From the NCBI GenBank assembly GCA_036149055.1, contig JAYZQJ010000014.1:32001-96000 (forward strand): a stretch of 64,000 nucleotides of DNA, written 5' to 3'. Of this stretch, positions 1 to 8,776 are shown in pieces. Both the position numbers and the translations under genes were made by a program. How positions within the stretch are numbered: position 1 is the first letter of the stretch; each line of letters begins with the position of its first letter. Source of the DNA: Myxococcota bacterium. GTDB taxonomy: Bacteria; Myxococcota_A; Polyangia; Polyangiales; Sandaracinaceae. Under the pieces are notes generated by a model that saw nothing but the letters and a program-made list of their open reading frames with translations, was not told where the DNA came from and did not search any database.

Positions 1-2
1 AG

Positions 3-440
<438 letters not shown>

Positions 441-454
441 GCTCGACGGCCGCC

Positions 455-1177
455 ATGCTGCACGGCGCCACCGTCGCCGTCGTGGTGCCCGCCCACGACG
501 AAGCCCGCCTCATCGCGCGCACCCTCGCGTCGATCCCCGCCTGGGTGGATCGTGTGGTGGTGGTCGACGACGCGTCGAGCGACGACACGAAGGGCCGGGC
601 CGAGGGCTGCGGCGATCCGCGGGTCACCGTGGTCCGCCACGCGGTCAACCGGGGCGTCGGCGCCGCGATCGTGACCGGCTACCGGGAGGCGTTCGAGGCC
701 GGCGCCGACGTGGCCGCGGTGATGGCCGGCGACGCTCAGATGGATCCGGCGGATCTCCGGGCGGTGGTCGAGCCGGTGGCGCGCGGCGAGGCCGACTACG
801 TGAAGGGCAACCGGCTCGCGCATCCGGACGCGCGCCGCGCGATGCCGCTCTTCCGGCTGGTCGGCAACCACGCGCTGAGCGCCCTGACCCGGCTCGCCAC
901 CGGGCTCGACGTGCACGACTCGCAGTGCGGCTACACCGCGATGCATCGCCGGGTCGCCGAGCGGGTGCGGCTGCAGCGGCTCTGGCCCCGCTACGGCTAC
1001 CCGAACGATCTGCTCTCGCGGCTGGCGGTGGCGCGGCTGCGGGTGCGCGACGTGCCGGTGCGGCCGGTCTACGCGGACGAGGAGAGCGGCATCCGCACCC
1101 ACGATCTGCTCGTGAGCTTCCCGCTCGTGATCGGCCTCGGCTTCGCCCGGCGCCTGGCCGCGCCCACGAGGCCGTGA
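455..1177 (+). CDS. Glycosyltransferase family 2 (DPM/DPG-synthase-like)
   Basis: VVVPAHDE, VVDDASSDDT, NRGVGAA, GDAQMDP, DSQCGY motifs. Confidence 0.9.
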   Translation: MLHGATVAVVVPAHDEARLIARTLASIPAWVDRVVVVDDASSDDTKGRAEGCGDPRVTVVRHAVNRGVGAAIVTGYREAFEAGADVAAVMAGDAQMDPADLRAVVEPVARGEADYVKGNRLAHPDARRAMPLFRLVGNHALSALTRLATGLDVHDSQCGYTAMHRRVAERVRLQRLWPRYGYPNDLLSRLAVARLRVRDVPVRPVYADEESGIRTHDLLVSFPLVIGLGFARRLAAPTRP

Positions 1178-1195
1178 CCCCGAAGCTGGTGCCGC

Positions 1196-2371
1196 GTGCA
1201 GATCGGGATGCTGACCACGAGCTATCCGCGCTTCGACGGGGACGTCGCGGGGGTGTTCGTGCGCGGCATGGCGCGCGCGCTGGCCGCGCGGGGGCACGGC
1301 GTCGAGGTCCTGGCGCCCCGGCCGCTCGAGGGAGACGCGCCGCCGTCCGACCCGGGCGTGCGGCTGGGCTGGGTCGACTACGGCGCCGGCCTGCGCACGT
1401 TCTACGGGGCCGGCGTGCCCGACAACGTGCGCGACCCGCGCGCCTGGCCGGGGCTGGTGACCTTCCCGCGGGCGCTGCTCGCGGAGGCGCGGGACCGGGT
1501 CAGCGGGTGGGACGCGGTGGTGAGCCACTGGGCGCTGCCCTCGGCGCTGATCGCCGGCGCCATCCGTGGAGAGCGCCCCCACGTGGCCGTGCTGCACTCG
1601 GCGGACGTGCACCTGATGGCGCGGCTGCCGCTCTCGTCCCGGGTCGCCGGGCGCGTGGGGCGGAGCGCGGACGAGCTCTGGTTCGCGTCGAACGCGCTGC
1701 GCAAGCGCTTCCTCCACCTCCTGCCCGCGGTGCCCCGCGCGCGCCTCGCGAGCCGGGCCCACGCGAGCGCGATGGGCGTGGAGCTCGAGGCGCCGAGCGC
1801 CAGCCGGCGGGCGCTCCGCGAGCGGCTGCGCTTCGATCGTTTCACGATCGCGTCGGTGGGCCGGCTCGTGCCGATCAAGGGGCTGGATCACGCGATCGAC
1901 GCCGTCGGCGGGGACGCCGGCCTGGAGCTCGTGCTCGCGGGAGACGGCCCGGCGCGAGAGGCGCTGGCGCGGCGGGCCGCTCGGCGTCGCGCGCGGATCC
2001 GCTTCCTCGGCGTGCGGGTCGGGGTCGACAAGGCGGACCTGCTCGCGGCGGCCGACGCGTTCATCGCGCCGTCGGTCGAGCTCTCGAGCGGCCGCACCGA
2101 GGGCACGCCGACGGCCGCGCTCGAGGCCGCCCTCGCCGGCTTGCCCCTCGTCGCCAGCGCGACCGGCGGCCTCGCGGAGCTCTTCGACGCGGAGAGCGCG
2201 TGGCTGGTCCCCCCGGGCGACGTCGGCGCGCTCCGGCGCGCCCTGCGCGAGTGCGCCCTCGATCCGGCGGCGCGCGCGGAGAAGTCGGCCGCGGCCCGCG
2301 AGATCGCCGAGGCGTTCACCTGGGACGTGCTCGCGCCTCGCATCGAAGATCTGCTGGAGCGGAACCGATGA
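1196..2371 (+). CDS. Glycosyltransferase family 4 (GT-B)
   Basis: LTTSYPR N-terminus, VGRLVPIKG, EGTPTAALEA (EX7E) motif. Confidence 0.9.
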   Translation: MQIGMLTTSYPRFDGDVAGVFVRGMARALAARGHGVEVLAPRPLEGDAPPSDPGVRLGWVDYGAGLRTFYGAGVPDNVRDPRAWPGLVTFPRALLAEARDRVSGWDAVVSHWALPSALIAGAIRGERPHVAVLHSADVHLMARLPLSSRVAGRVGRSADELWFASNALRKRFLHLLPAVPRARLASRAHASAMGVELEAPSASRRALRERLRFDRFTIASVGRLVPIKGLDHAIDAVGGDAGLELVLAGDGPAREALARRAARRRARIRFLGVRVGVDKADLLAAADAFIAPSVELSSGRTEGTPTAALEAALAGLPLVASATGGLAELFDAESAWLVPPGDVGALRRALRECALDPAARAEKSAAAREIAEAFTWDVLAPRIEDLLERNR

Positions 2372-3063
2372 AGGGCCTCGACGCGCTCTACGCGGCCTTC
2401 TCCCGCTTCCCTTGCCCCACGCGGCTGACCGGCTGCCCGTGCTGCGTCGACGACGCCTGCTCGCGGAGGCTGACCCGGACGCCGCTCCGGGCGCTCGAGC
2501 CCGAGGCGCTCGGCCGGTACGCGTTCAAGGCGATGAGCACCTGGGGGACGGAGCGGGACTACGCGTACTTCGCGCCCCGGATCCTGGAGCTGTCCCGCGA
2601 CGGACACGACGCCTTCCCCGGCCTCGGAGTGGACGTGGTGGTCCGCAAGCTGCGCGAGGCCGGCCTCGAGACCTGGCCGGCCGACGTGCGCGACGCGGTC
2701 GACGCGTTCTTCGCCGCCTGGGCCGACGAGGTCGCCGGGAGCTGGCGCGCCCTCGAGCTGCTGGAGGGCGCGTCGCCGCAGATCTCCGACCCGGGGGCGT
2801 TCGTGAAGCGCTGGGCGGCGGCCGCGGGCCCGGTCGCGGTGGCCGACGCGATGCTGAGGCGCTGGGTCGGGCAGGGAGACTTCTTCGACCGCGACGCGCC
2901 GCTGGGCTGGCGCGGGACGGACGTTGCCGGCCGCGCCCTGGTCGCCCTCTTCCGGGACCCGGCGACGCACGCCTCGCTGGAGGGCGCGCTGGCGGCGACC
3001 TCGTCGGGGGAGGACGCCGAGGTGCTCGCGGCGGCGCTGGAGGCGCTGGAGCCGTTTCGGTAA
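2368..3063 (+). CDS. Hypothetical protein with N-terminal CPCC motif
   Basis: ATGA overlap with GT4 stop; protein-like sequence MKGLDALYAAFSRFPCP...GCPCC; C-terminal part of track ORF 925..3063. Confidence 0.75.
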   Translation: MKGLDALYAAFSRFPCPTRLTGCPCCVDDACSRRLTRTPLRALEPEALGRYAFKAMSTWGTERDYAYFAPRILELSRDGHDAFPGLGVDVVVRKLREAGLETWPADVRDAVDAFFAAWADEVAGSWRALELLEGASPQISDPGAFVKRWAAAAGPVAVADAMLRRWVGQGDFFDRDAPLGWRGTDVAGRALVALFRDPATHASLEGALAATSSGEDAEVLAAALEALEPFR

Positions 3064-3116
3064 GCCCGACCTTCGGGCACGGGCAGGGGCACGGGGAGCA
3101 GGCCGCTGCGGCCTGC

Positions 3117-3845
3117 TCAGGGCTGGATGCGGCGGGTGCCGGCGGGGGGGCGCCAGCGGAAGGCGCTCTCGGGCACGTCGCGGTTGAGCTGCTGCTCGAG
3201 GAAGTCGAAGCGGTTCACGTTGTTCGACGAGTCCACGATCATGATCCGGTGCACGACGCCGCGGCGCGACGCGTCGTCGTCGACGAAGAGCAGGATGCGC
3301 GAGTAGTGGGGCGTCGGGCGGCGGCTCCGCAGCTCGAGGACCTGGCCCTCGGAGTAGCCGAGGCGCGAGGCGTCGAGGAGACGGAAGCGGAAGTTCTCGT
3401 CGAGGCGGCCGGTGCCGGTGAGGAAGCTGAGCGCCGCGGGGAGCTGCGCGTCGCTGATCGGCTGCTGGTAGTACTGCCCGCGCTGCTGCCCCGGATCCGG
3501 CGGCTCGAAGACGGTGAGCTGCTGCCCGTCGCTGACCACGATCTTCCCGTTGGGCTCCTCGTAGTCGAAGCGCATCATGCCCGGCTTGCGGAAGCGCACC
3601 CGGCCGCGGCTCACGTCCGTCCGGTCGTAGACCCGGTTGCGGTACCGCTGCACGAAGCGAGCGCTCATCGTGCGGGTCTGGTCGTAGAAGGTCTGAACCC
3701 ACGACGCGACCTCGGCCGCGCTGGGGCGAGACTGCGCCTCGGCCGGCTCGCTGGCGCCGGCGCCGAGGAAGGCGAGGCCGCCCGCGAGGGTGAGCGCGGC
3801 CGCCCGGAGCATCGTTCGAGGGGACTTCATCATCGTTCTCCGCAT
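3117..3845 (-). CDS. lolA: Outer-membrane lipoprotein carrier LolA family
   Basis: Signal peptide, then ARFVQ, KPGMMRFDY, VSDG motifs and C-terminal F.W.PP.G; start could be 3833 or 3830. Confidence 0.85.
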   Translation of the reverse strand: MRRTMMKSPRTMLRAAALTLAGGLAFLGAGASEPAEAQSRPSAAEVASWVQTFYDQTRTMSARFVQRYRNRVYDRTDVSRGRVRFRKPGMMRFDYEEPNGKIVVSDGQQLTVFEPPDPGQQRGQYYQQPISDAQLPAALSFLTGTGRLDENFRFRLLDASRLGYSEGQVLELRSRRPTPHYSRILLFVDDDASRRGVVHRIMIVDSSNNVNRFDFLEQQLNRDVPESAFRWRPPAGTRRIQP

Positions 3846-4128
3846 GGACTGACCGGCCTTGTCCTTCATTCAGCCGAGGCCCGCAAGTGGGCCGCGCAAC
3901 ACCCGCCGACGCGGCGCTGTTCCCGCCGGGGGCCAGCGCTCCGTCCTGCCCCATCCCGCGTCCGTGACCCCCGTGGGGCGATGTTGATCAGCCGTCACGT
4001 CCCGGCTACGATGAGGCCGTCTCGGGTCATCGGGCTCGGGTCTTCGGCTTAGGCTTTCCTTGACACTCAGTTTCTGTTCACCGTGCCTCTCGAGAGGAGA
4101 GGGGCAGCGGTCATTGGACGGAGGTTCC

Positions 4129-4329
4129 ATGAGCAGGTCTCAGCGCCGAATCGAAAGCAACAAGAACATCTCCCGGCTGGAAAAGCGCCACAAGCAGCTG
4201 AAAGCTGAGGTCGCGGAGTATGAATCGAGGCTGGGGCTCAACCCTGAGGAACAGGTCAGACTACAGAGGCTGAAGAAGGAGAAGCTAGCGACGAAGGACG
4301 AGCTGAGTCGGATCTCGTCCGTACCGTAG
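4129..4329 (+). CDS. Small basic coiled-coil protein, DUF465/YdcH family
   Basis: GGAGGT RBS at 4120-4125; L..RH..L...V and RLKKEKL..KDEL pattern; own terminator. Confidence 0.85.
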   Translation: MSRSQRRIESNKNISRLEKRHKQLKAEVAEYESRLGLNPEEQVRLQRLKKEKLATKDELSRISSVP

Positions 4330-4347
4330 CCCTCCCATGACGCGATG

Positions 4348-4380
4348 ACGGCAGAGGTTCTCCTCTGCCGTTTTTCTTTT
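4348..4380 (+). terminator. Intrinsic terminator after DUF465 gene
   Basis: ACGGCAGAGG-TTCT-CCTCTGCCGT 10-bp stem followed by TTTTCTTTT. Confidence 0.85.
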
Positions 4381-4398
4381 CTCCCGTTCGTCCGCGCC

Positions 4399-4851
4399 TC
4401 AGGCGTCCGGAGCGGCTTCGTCCGTGGAGGGCTCCTCCGCGGGCGCCTCGCCCCCGGCCGTCTCCTCCTCGACCGCTCCCGCCTCGGGCGGGCGGTGGCT
4501 CATGCCGCGCGGCGTGAGCTCCACCAGGGTCCGGTCCATGATCTGGCGCCACTCCGGCCGCAGCCCCGCGCCCTGATCGCCGGCGACCTCGCGCGCCACC
4601 GCCAGGTAGTGCAGCGCGTCGAGGCGATGCCCGAGGCGATACTCGGTCATGCCGCGCAGGTAGTAGTACCGAGCGCGCATCTCGAGGTCCATCGTGGGCG
4701 CGTCGTCCTCGAGGTCACGAAGCCAGATCAGCGTGTCCTCGTAGCGCGCCTGCTCGTAGGTGGCCTCGGCGCGCTGCATGTCGTCGCTGATCGCCGCGCA
4801 GCCGGTCGCGCCGATCGCGAGCGCCAGCACCGCCCAGTTGAACCGCTTCAT
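4399..4851 (-). CDS. TPR-like lipoprotein
   Basis: MKRFNWAVLALAIGATG-C lipobox; helical repeat YYYLRGMTEYRLG; TACGCT -10-like box 7 nt upstream of ATG. Confidence 0.8.
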   Translation of the reverse strand: MKRFNWAVLALAIGATGCAAISDDMQRAEATYEQARYEDTLIWLRDLEDDAPTMDLEMRARYYYLRGMTEYRLGHRLDALHYLAVAREVAGDQGAGLRPEWRQIMDRTLVELTPRGMSHRPPEAGAVEEETAGGEAPAEEPSTDEAAPDA

Positions 4852-5010
4852 GCGGCCGAGCGTATCAGAGCCCCGCCGCCGCCGGAATGTAAGGCGACCG
4901 TGGGGCGTCTCCCCCATGGCGGTCGCGCGAGCGCGAGGTTACCCTGATCGGGAAGTCGCGCTTCACTCGATGCCTTCAGGCGGAAGAGGCGCGGCCGTTC
5001 GGATCGAGCA

Positions 5011-5048
5011 GAAAAAGGAACGCCCGGCGAGCTGCAACTCGCCGGGCG
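5011..5048 (-). terminator. Intrinsic terminator of candidate sRNA
   Basis: Minus strand CGCCCGGCGAG-TTGCAG-CTCGCCGGGCG (11-bp perfect stem) then TTCCTTTTTC. Confidence 0.85.
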
Positions 5049-5352
5049 AAAGACCCGGTCACCCGGGAAGATTCTGCGAAGTCAGGCTGTCGAGAAAAAA
5101 GTAAGCAACCAAGCCGGAAGCAAGTAGATAAGGAAGCTCGTCAGCTGGCCGCGGCTCCCTCGACGAATCGAGGTTGCGATCGAAGCGGACAGCCCAAGAA
5201 AGAAAGCGAAGCTGGAATGGAGCCCGACGGGGTCAAACGGCCGGTCTCCGAAGCTTCGGCTCGAAAGCCGAGAAGCTGTTAAGCGAAGAAGCTCTGGTTG
5301 GCAAGCAAAGGGCAGTAGGAAGCGGTCGGGGTTCGCCTCGGCCGCTTTCTGC
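5011..5352 (-). ncRNA. Candidate ~340-nt sigma54-dependent small RNA with repeated GCUU motifs
   Basis: Bounded by -24/-12 promoter and terminator; no credible CDS; at least 5 hairpins including two UUCG loops and one GUGA (GNRA) loop on the minus strand; 14 GCUU copies. Confidence 0.7.
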
Positions 5353-5362
5353 GTTCGTATGA

Positions 5363-5378
5363 AGCAATCGCGGTGCCA
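5363..5378 (-). promoter_or_regulatory. Sigma54 (RpoN) -24/-12 promoter
   Basis: Minus strand TGGCACCGCGATTGCT matches TGGCAC-N5-TTGCW; predicted TSS near 5352. Confidence 0.85.
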
Positions 5379-5406
5379 GCGAGGCCTCTGAAGGGGCCTC
5401 GGCGAA

Positions 5407-5419
5407 AAACCCAATGATT
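5407..5419 (-). promoter_or_regulatory. IHF-like site between enhancer and sigma54 promoter
   Basis: Minus strand AATCATTGGGTTT versus consensus WATCAA-N4-TTR (2 mismatches), at about -55 to -67. Confidence 0.5.
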
Positions 5420-5472
5420 CTCAGATCGGCGCCCCGAGCCCATCCCGAACCGGCCGCGTCACCGCCTGCGCA

Positions 5473-5492
5473 CCATGACATCGGTGTCATGG
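5473..5492. promoter_or_regulatory. Palindrome, candidate upstream activator sequence for an enhancer-binding protein
   Basis: CCATGACA-TCGG-TGTCATGG perfect 8-bp inverted repeat centred about 130 bp upstream of the predicted TSS. Confidence 0.6.
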
Positions 5493-5506
5493 GGGGCCGA
5501 ACGCGA

Positions 5507-5538
5507 ACGGGGCCCGGCGACGGATCGCCGAGCCCCGT
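5507..5538 (-). terminator. Hairpin after S8 peptidase gene (terminator-like, weak U tract)
   Basis: Minus strand ACGGGGCTCGGCGA-TCCG-TCGCCGGGCCCCGT, about 30 nt after the stop. Confidence 0.55.
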
Positions 5539-5565
5539 GGGCTGAAGTCGGGTCAGACGACCGGG

Positions 5566-7419
5566 TTACCGGGCTTTACGCGCCACCACCGCGGCGAGCC
5601 CCAGGGCCCCGAGCGCGTTGAGCAGCAGCCACGGGCCGATCATCGCCTCGGGCAGGAGCGCGAAGCGGAGGGTCGGCCAGAGCGCCTCGACCGCCATGAA
5701 CGCCGCGCTGCCGATCCCGAGCCCGACGAGCAGCGGGCGGAGGCGCTTCACGTGGTAGCCGAGGGCCACCGCGCCGAGCGTCGGCAGCGCGCTGACGAGG
5801 AGCAGCGCGCCCCACGCGCCCAGCGGAGAGGCGGCCGCGCCCAGCGCGCCGAGCGAGAGGAGCCCGCCCAGCCCGCCGAGGCCGGCGAGCGCCCAGGGGA
5901 GCGCGCCGAGCCCGCCGGCGCCGACCACCGCGAACGCCGCCGTCCCGGCCGGGGCGACGCCGAGCGCCTGCTTGCGGCGCAGGCCGAGCAGCACGAGCAG
6001 CGAGAGCCCGAGCGCCGCGGCGCCGCGGGCCAGGCCGCCCTCCTGCGTCGCCTTCGACAGCGCCGCCGGCGCCTGCACCAGGCCGGAGCCATACCGGTGG
6101 GCGTCGCCGAGGTCGTCGGCGCTCTGCTTCAGGATGCGCTCGACCGAGTCGGGATCGGTCACGCCGTTGGCGTAGAGGAGCGCGGCCACGCCGGCGACGT
6201 GCGGGGCGGCCATCGAGGTGCCCTGCCAGGCGAGGTAGTCGAAGCGCGCGGTGTCGCCGCGGACCATCGTGTTCTGCAGCACGCCGTCCGGCATGCCGTC
6301 GCCGTTCTGGTCGACCCGGAGGTCACCGCCCGGCGCGACCACGTCGAGCCCGGTGCCGTAGCAGGAGTAGAAGGTGAGCTCGCGGTCGTAGCGGACCGCG
6401 CCCACCGCGACGACGTGGTTGGCGCGCGCCGGGTACTCGACCCGGCTGCGGCTCGAGTTGCCGGCCGCCGCGACCACCAGCACGCCCTTGCCGTGCGCGT
6501 AGTCGATGGCGCGCTGCACGGCGCGCGACGGCATGCCCCCGCCGAGCGACATGTTGATGACGTGGGCCCCGTGGTCGGCGGCGTAGCGGATGGCGGCCGC
6601 GATGCCGCCCCAGCCGCCGGTGCCGTTCCGGTCGAGCACCTTCAGCGGCATGATGGTCGCCTCGGGCGCGACGCCGGCGACGCCGACGCCGTTGTGGGTG
6701 CTCTGGGCCACCGTGCCGGCGACGTGGGTGCCGTGCCCGTGCTCGTCGTCGGGGTGCGCGTCGCCGTCGACGAAGTCGTAGCCTTCGGCGAAGCGGGTCT
6801 GGCCGAGGTCGGGCGCGAGGTGGAAGCCCCCCTCCTCGCGGTGGGCGACGCCGGTGTCGATCACCGCGACCACGACGCCGGCGCCTCGCGACATCGTCCA
6901 CGCCCGAGGCATGCCGATCTGGTCGAGGTGCCACTGGTGCGGGTAGTAGGGGTCGTTCGGCACGAAGCGGTCGGGATCGTCGGAGGGCGCCGGGGCCTGC
7001 CCGGTCGGGCGGACGTAGGCGGCGGCGTCCGGGAGCGACCAGCGGCGCTCGACCTCGACCACCTCGACGTCGGGGTCGTCCGAGAGCGCTCGGATCACGT
7101 CGTCGATCTCGCTGAGCGGCGGCTCGATCCGGAAGAGGTTGGCCTCGTCGCTCAGCTCGTCGCCGAGCGCGGCCTCGCCGGCCGGCCAGCGGAAAGGCGC
7201 AATCGCGCGCACGATCCGGGCGGCGGCGTCCGCGTGGTCCGCGTCGCTGGCGCCGTCGTCGAGGTCGACGAGCACCGCGCCGGTCGGCGGATCCACCGGC
7301 CCGGAGAGCGGGGCGGCCGAGGTGACGAGGCCGTCACCGGTCCGCGCGGTCACGGAGAAGATCACCATGACGAGGAAGGCCGCACCGAAGAGGCCGAGGA
7401 TCCACAGATGTCGCTTCAA
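5566..7419 (-). CDS. Membrane-anchored S8 (subtilase) serine peptidase
   Basis: Catalytic triad motifs VIDTG, HGHGTHVAG, GTSMAAPHVAG; N-terminal TM/signal and several C-terminal TM helices; TTG start. Confidence 0.93.
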   Translation of the reverse strand: MKRHLWILGLFGAAFLVMVIFSVTARTGDGLVTSAAPLSGPVDPPTGAVLVDLDDGASDADHADAAARIVRAIAPFRWPAGEAALGDELSDEANLFRIEPPLSEIDDVIRALSDDPDVEVVEVERRWSLPDAAAYVRPTGQAPAPSDDPDRFVPNDPYYPHQWHLDQIGMPRAWTMSRGAGVVVAVIDTGVAHREEGGFHLAPDLGQTRFAEGYDFVDGDAHPDDEHGHGTHVAGTVAQSTHNGVGVAGVAPEATIMPLKVLDRNGTGGWGGIAAAIRYAADHGAHVINMSLGGGMPSRAVQRAIDYAHGKGVLVVAAAGNSSRSRVEYPARANHVVAVGAVRYDRELTFYSCYGTGLDVVAPGGDLRVDQNGDGMPDGVLQNTMVRGDTARFDYLAWQGTSMAAPHVAGVAALLYANGVTDPDSVERILKQSADDLGDAHRYGSGLVQAPAALSKATQEGGLARGAAALGLSLLVLLGLRRKQALGVAPAGTAAFAVVGAGGLGALPWALAGLGGLGGLLSLGALGAAASPLGAWGALLLVSALPTLGAVALGYHVKRLRPLLVGLGIGSAAFMAVEALWPTLRFALLPEAMIGPWLLLNALGALGLAAVVARKAR

Positions 7420-7516
7420 AGGTCGCTCCCCTGCTCAGGGTGGTCGGACGGACGGATCCCGCCCCACCTTGGGGTCTACGCTTCAATGTAGGGCGCGATT
7501 CCCCGGACGACCAATG

Positions 7517-8632
7517 TCAGGCGCGACGGGGGAGCATCGCCCAGACCTGACAGAAGCCCGCCGCGGCGACCGCGCAGAACAGCGGGAGCGCGAGGGTCGC
7601 GATCCAGCGGGCGTCGGTCAGGGCGAGATCCGAGAGCGTCCGACCCGGGAACGCGGCCACCGCCATCGCGCCCGCGCTGTGCAACGCGAGCCAGACGAGG
7701 AGCGCGAAGCCCGCGATCCAGGCGCCGCCGTGCCCGGTGGGATCGAGGAACGAGAGCGCGGCGCTCACGAGCACGACCACCAGGACGAGGCGGCTGATCG
7801 GGCCGACCCAGGACTGCCAGGCGAGCGTCTCGACCACGAAGCCGTCGACGCCGCCGGAGAAGAGGAGCCAGCTGGTCGCCGCCGCGAGGCTGAGCCCGAC
7901 GAGGATCCGCGCGAAGCGGCTCTTGCGGTGGGCGGCCCGGTAGAAGAGCGACGAGGCGCCGAGCACCGCGCAGGCCACGAGGAGCGGGGTCGCGGCGCCG
8001 TCCGACTGGGCGCTCAGCCAGGCGACCCAGCCCGCGCCGGCGCCGCCGACCAGGGCCAGGGTGGCCCCGCGCACCCGCGCCTCGACCGGGGCGAGGCCCA
8101 CCGCGGCGCAGAGGAAGAAGAGCGCCGCGAGCCCGAGCGCGCTGCCGGCGAGGCCGCCCATGGCGATGACCCCGACCAGCCCGCCGACGCCGACCGCGAC
8201 CGCGCCCCAGCGGTTGGTGCGCTCGAGGGGCGCCTTGGGCCACCAGTCCTGCCGGAGCAGCTCCGACGCGAGGTAGCGCGGGCGCTGGACGGTCTCTTCG
8301 TCGTCGCGCCGCTTCTTGCCCGAGGCGACGGGAGCCTGGGTGAGCTGGGTGCCCGAGACGTCGGGCGCCTGGACCCGGCGACGCTTCGCGGTGGACGGAG
8401 AGCGCGGGAACTCCACGACCTCGCCGCCCTCCCCCGGCAGCCCCGCCGGGCGGAGCATGCGCTCCGAGGACTCGTCGGAGGCGTCGTCGGCCCAGGTCCC
8501 CGCGGGCACGATCGAGTTGCCCGTGACCTCCTCCGTCGGGAAGTCGAGCACGCGTGCGCCCTCCGACTCCTCCGAGGGAGGCTCCGGGACGTCGGGCTGT
8601 GGTTGCTTGTGTGGGAAGCTGCCGTCGCTCAT
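7517..8632 (-). CDS. Hypothetical polytopic membrane protein with disordered N-terminus
   Basis: Acidic/Pro-rich N-terminal third, then many hydrophobic helices. Confidence 0.75.
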   Translation of the reverse strand: MSDGSFPHKQPQPDVPEPPSEESEGARVLDFPTEEVTGNSIVPAGTWADDASDESSERMLRPAGLPGEGGEVVEFPRSPSTAKRRRVQAPDVSGTQLTQAPVASGKKRRDDEETVQRPRYLASELLRQDWWPKAPLERTNRWGAVAVGVGGLVGVIAMGGLAGSALGLAALFFLCAAVGLAPVEARVRGATLALVGGAGAGWVAWLSAQSDGAATPLLVACAVLGASSLFYRAAHRKSRFARILVGLSLAAATSWLLFSGGVDGFVVETLAWQSWVGPISRLVLVVVLVSAALSFLDPTGHGGAWIAGFALLVWLALHSAGAMAVAAFPGRTLSDLALTDARWIATLALPLFCAVAAAGFCQVWAMLPRRA

Positions 8633-8776
8633 GCGACCCGCTCCAGGCCAGAACCTTCGGGCCCATCATACCTCCGTCGCCCTCGAAGCGCTCCCCGAAT
8701 GGCCGGTGGTGTAGGTAGATGTAGGCATCGCCATCGGAGCGTGTACCGAGCGGCCGCGCCGCGTACCATCGCCGGG

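Noticed and set aside
3064..3100. Short hairpin and GGGCAC-like repeats between convergent genes
   Set aside because: Too short and too GC-rich to distinguish from background; no second copy recognised in the window
5011..5352. Identity as tmRNA, RNase P RNA, SRP or 6S RNA
   Set aside because: No tRNA-like ends or CCA, no GAGGAAAGUCC, no SRP loop motif, and no single long 6S-type rod is evident. An Rfam search is still needed.
5082..5414. 110-aa minus-strand ORF (and + strand ORF 5174..5362) over the candidate sRNA
   Set aside because: TTG start lies upstream of the sigma54 promoter, no RBS, and codon usage is unlike real genes here. The Phe/Leu/Ser richness simply reflects the U-rich RNA.
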